Part shown: one piece after another, positions 63,638-64,000 of the stretch
Numbering within the stretch: position 1 is the stretch's first letter
Layout of the letters: the number at the start of each line of letters is the position of its first letter
DNA from: an uncultured Acidobacteriota bacterium
Lineage (GTDB): Bacteria > Acidobacteriota > UBA6911
Direction of reading: 5' to 3'
Length of the DNA: 64,000 bases
NCBI GenBank assembly: GCA_963843575.1
Contig: CAWJKZ010000024.1
Span: 456,232 to 520,231 of the forward strand
The notes under the pieces: generated by a model
Told to the model about the DNA's origin: nothing
Databases searched by the model: none
What the model saw: the letters and a program-made list of their open reading frames with translations, nothing else
Made by a program: the position numbers and the translations under genes

Positions 63638-63691
63638 GTCGTGGTCTTCGTGGTCCGCGCCAGCGCGACCAGCTTTCGATGAAGTGGCCCG

Positions 63692-63784
63692 TGCGAGCCC
63701 CGAAGGGGCGTGGCAATATTCTGATTAATGGGAGATTGCTTCGCTCGCCCCCTGCGGCGCACCCCGGGTGGCGCTCGCAATGAC
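63692..63784. repeat. Palindromic intergenic repeat of the TGCGAG..GCAAT / GATTGC..CTCGCAATGAC type
   Basis: tgcgagccccgaaggggcgtggcaat ... gagattgcttcgctcg...ctcgcaatgac. Confidence 0.6.
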
Positions 63785-64000
63785 GGTTTCTCATTCGCCG
63801 AAGGCGCGCTCTCCTACCCGCACCGCAGGTGTGCTTCACGTGCACTTCCCTCGGCACTCCCCGGCACCTGCACCCGGCGTGCGCTCAGTTGTCGTTCCGA
63901 TGTCCTCGCCCGAAGGGCGTACCTCGCGTATACGGGAGGGCGAGTGTGCGTGCGGTTCAAGTGTCGCGTGCGTGGTCCGCGACAGCGCGAACAGGCTTTT

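Noticed and set aside
1-64000. CRISPR array, rRNA or tRNA genes
   Set aside because: No regularly spaced direct repeats with unique spacers and no recognisable structural RNA genes were seen by eye.
63790-64000. Possible 3' end of a minus-strand gene at the window edge
   Set aside because: Too short and motif-free to support a call.

Overview
GC-rich bacterial window. Gene content and repeat style suggest an Acidobacteriota-like heterotroph (inference). About 15 genes carry single-base frameshifts, most likely long-read assembly errors, so many genes are split across the ORF track. Content: (1) carbohydrate-utilisation genes (heparinase II/III-like, GH106, GH2, GH4, NamZ/DUF1343, an ExuT-like MFS, and Tat-tagged UxuA, fucose-isomerase-like and Gfo/Idh/MocA proteins); (2) an orphan A-T-C-A-T NRPS with an oxalate-CoA-ligase-like loading domain and no release domain; (3) a group 3d NAD-reducing [NiFe]-hydrogenase operon hoxFUYHW, bracketed by a ~52-bp inverted repeat and followed by a convergent two-component pair; (4) a marR-yceI-pirin unit with a clear sigma70 promoter and two operator boxes; (5) proC, pepT, OPT, OsmC, PhzF, an Lnt-like protein and a radical SAM/SPASM protein. 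A hidden mobile-DNA layer is also present: two 240-bp MITE-like elements that overwrite the 3' ends of three genes, a REP-like palindrome family, a DUF4338-IS4 element inserted into one REP copy, and an IS110 remnant beginning at another truncated REP. No rRNA, tRNA or CRISPR array was seen. All family calls come from motif recognition by eye; no database searches were run.
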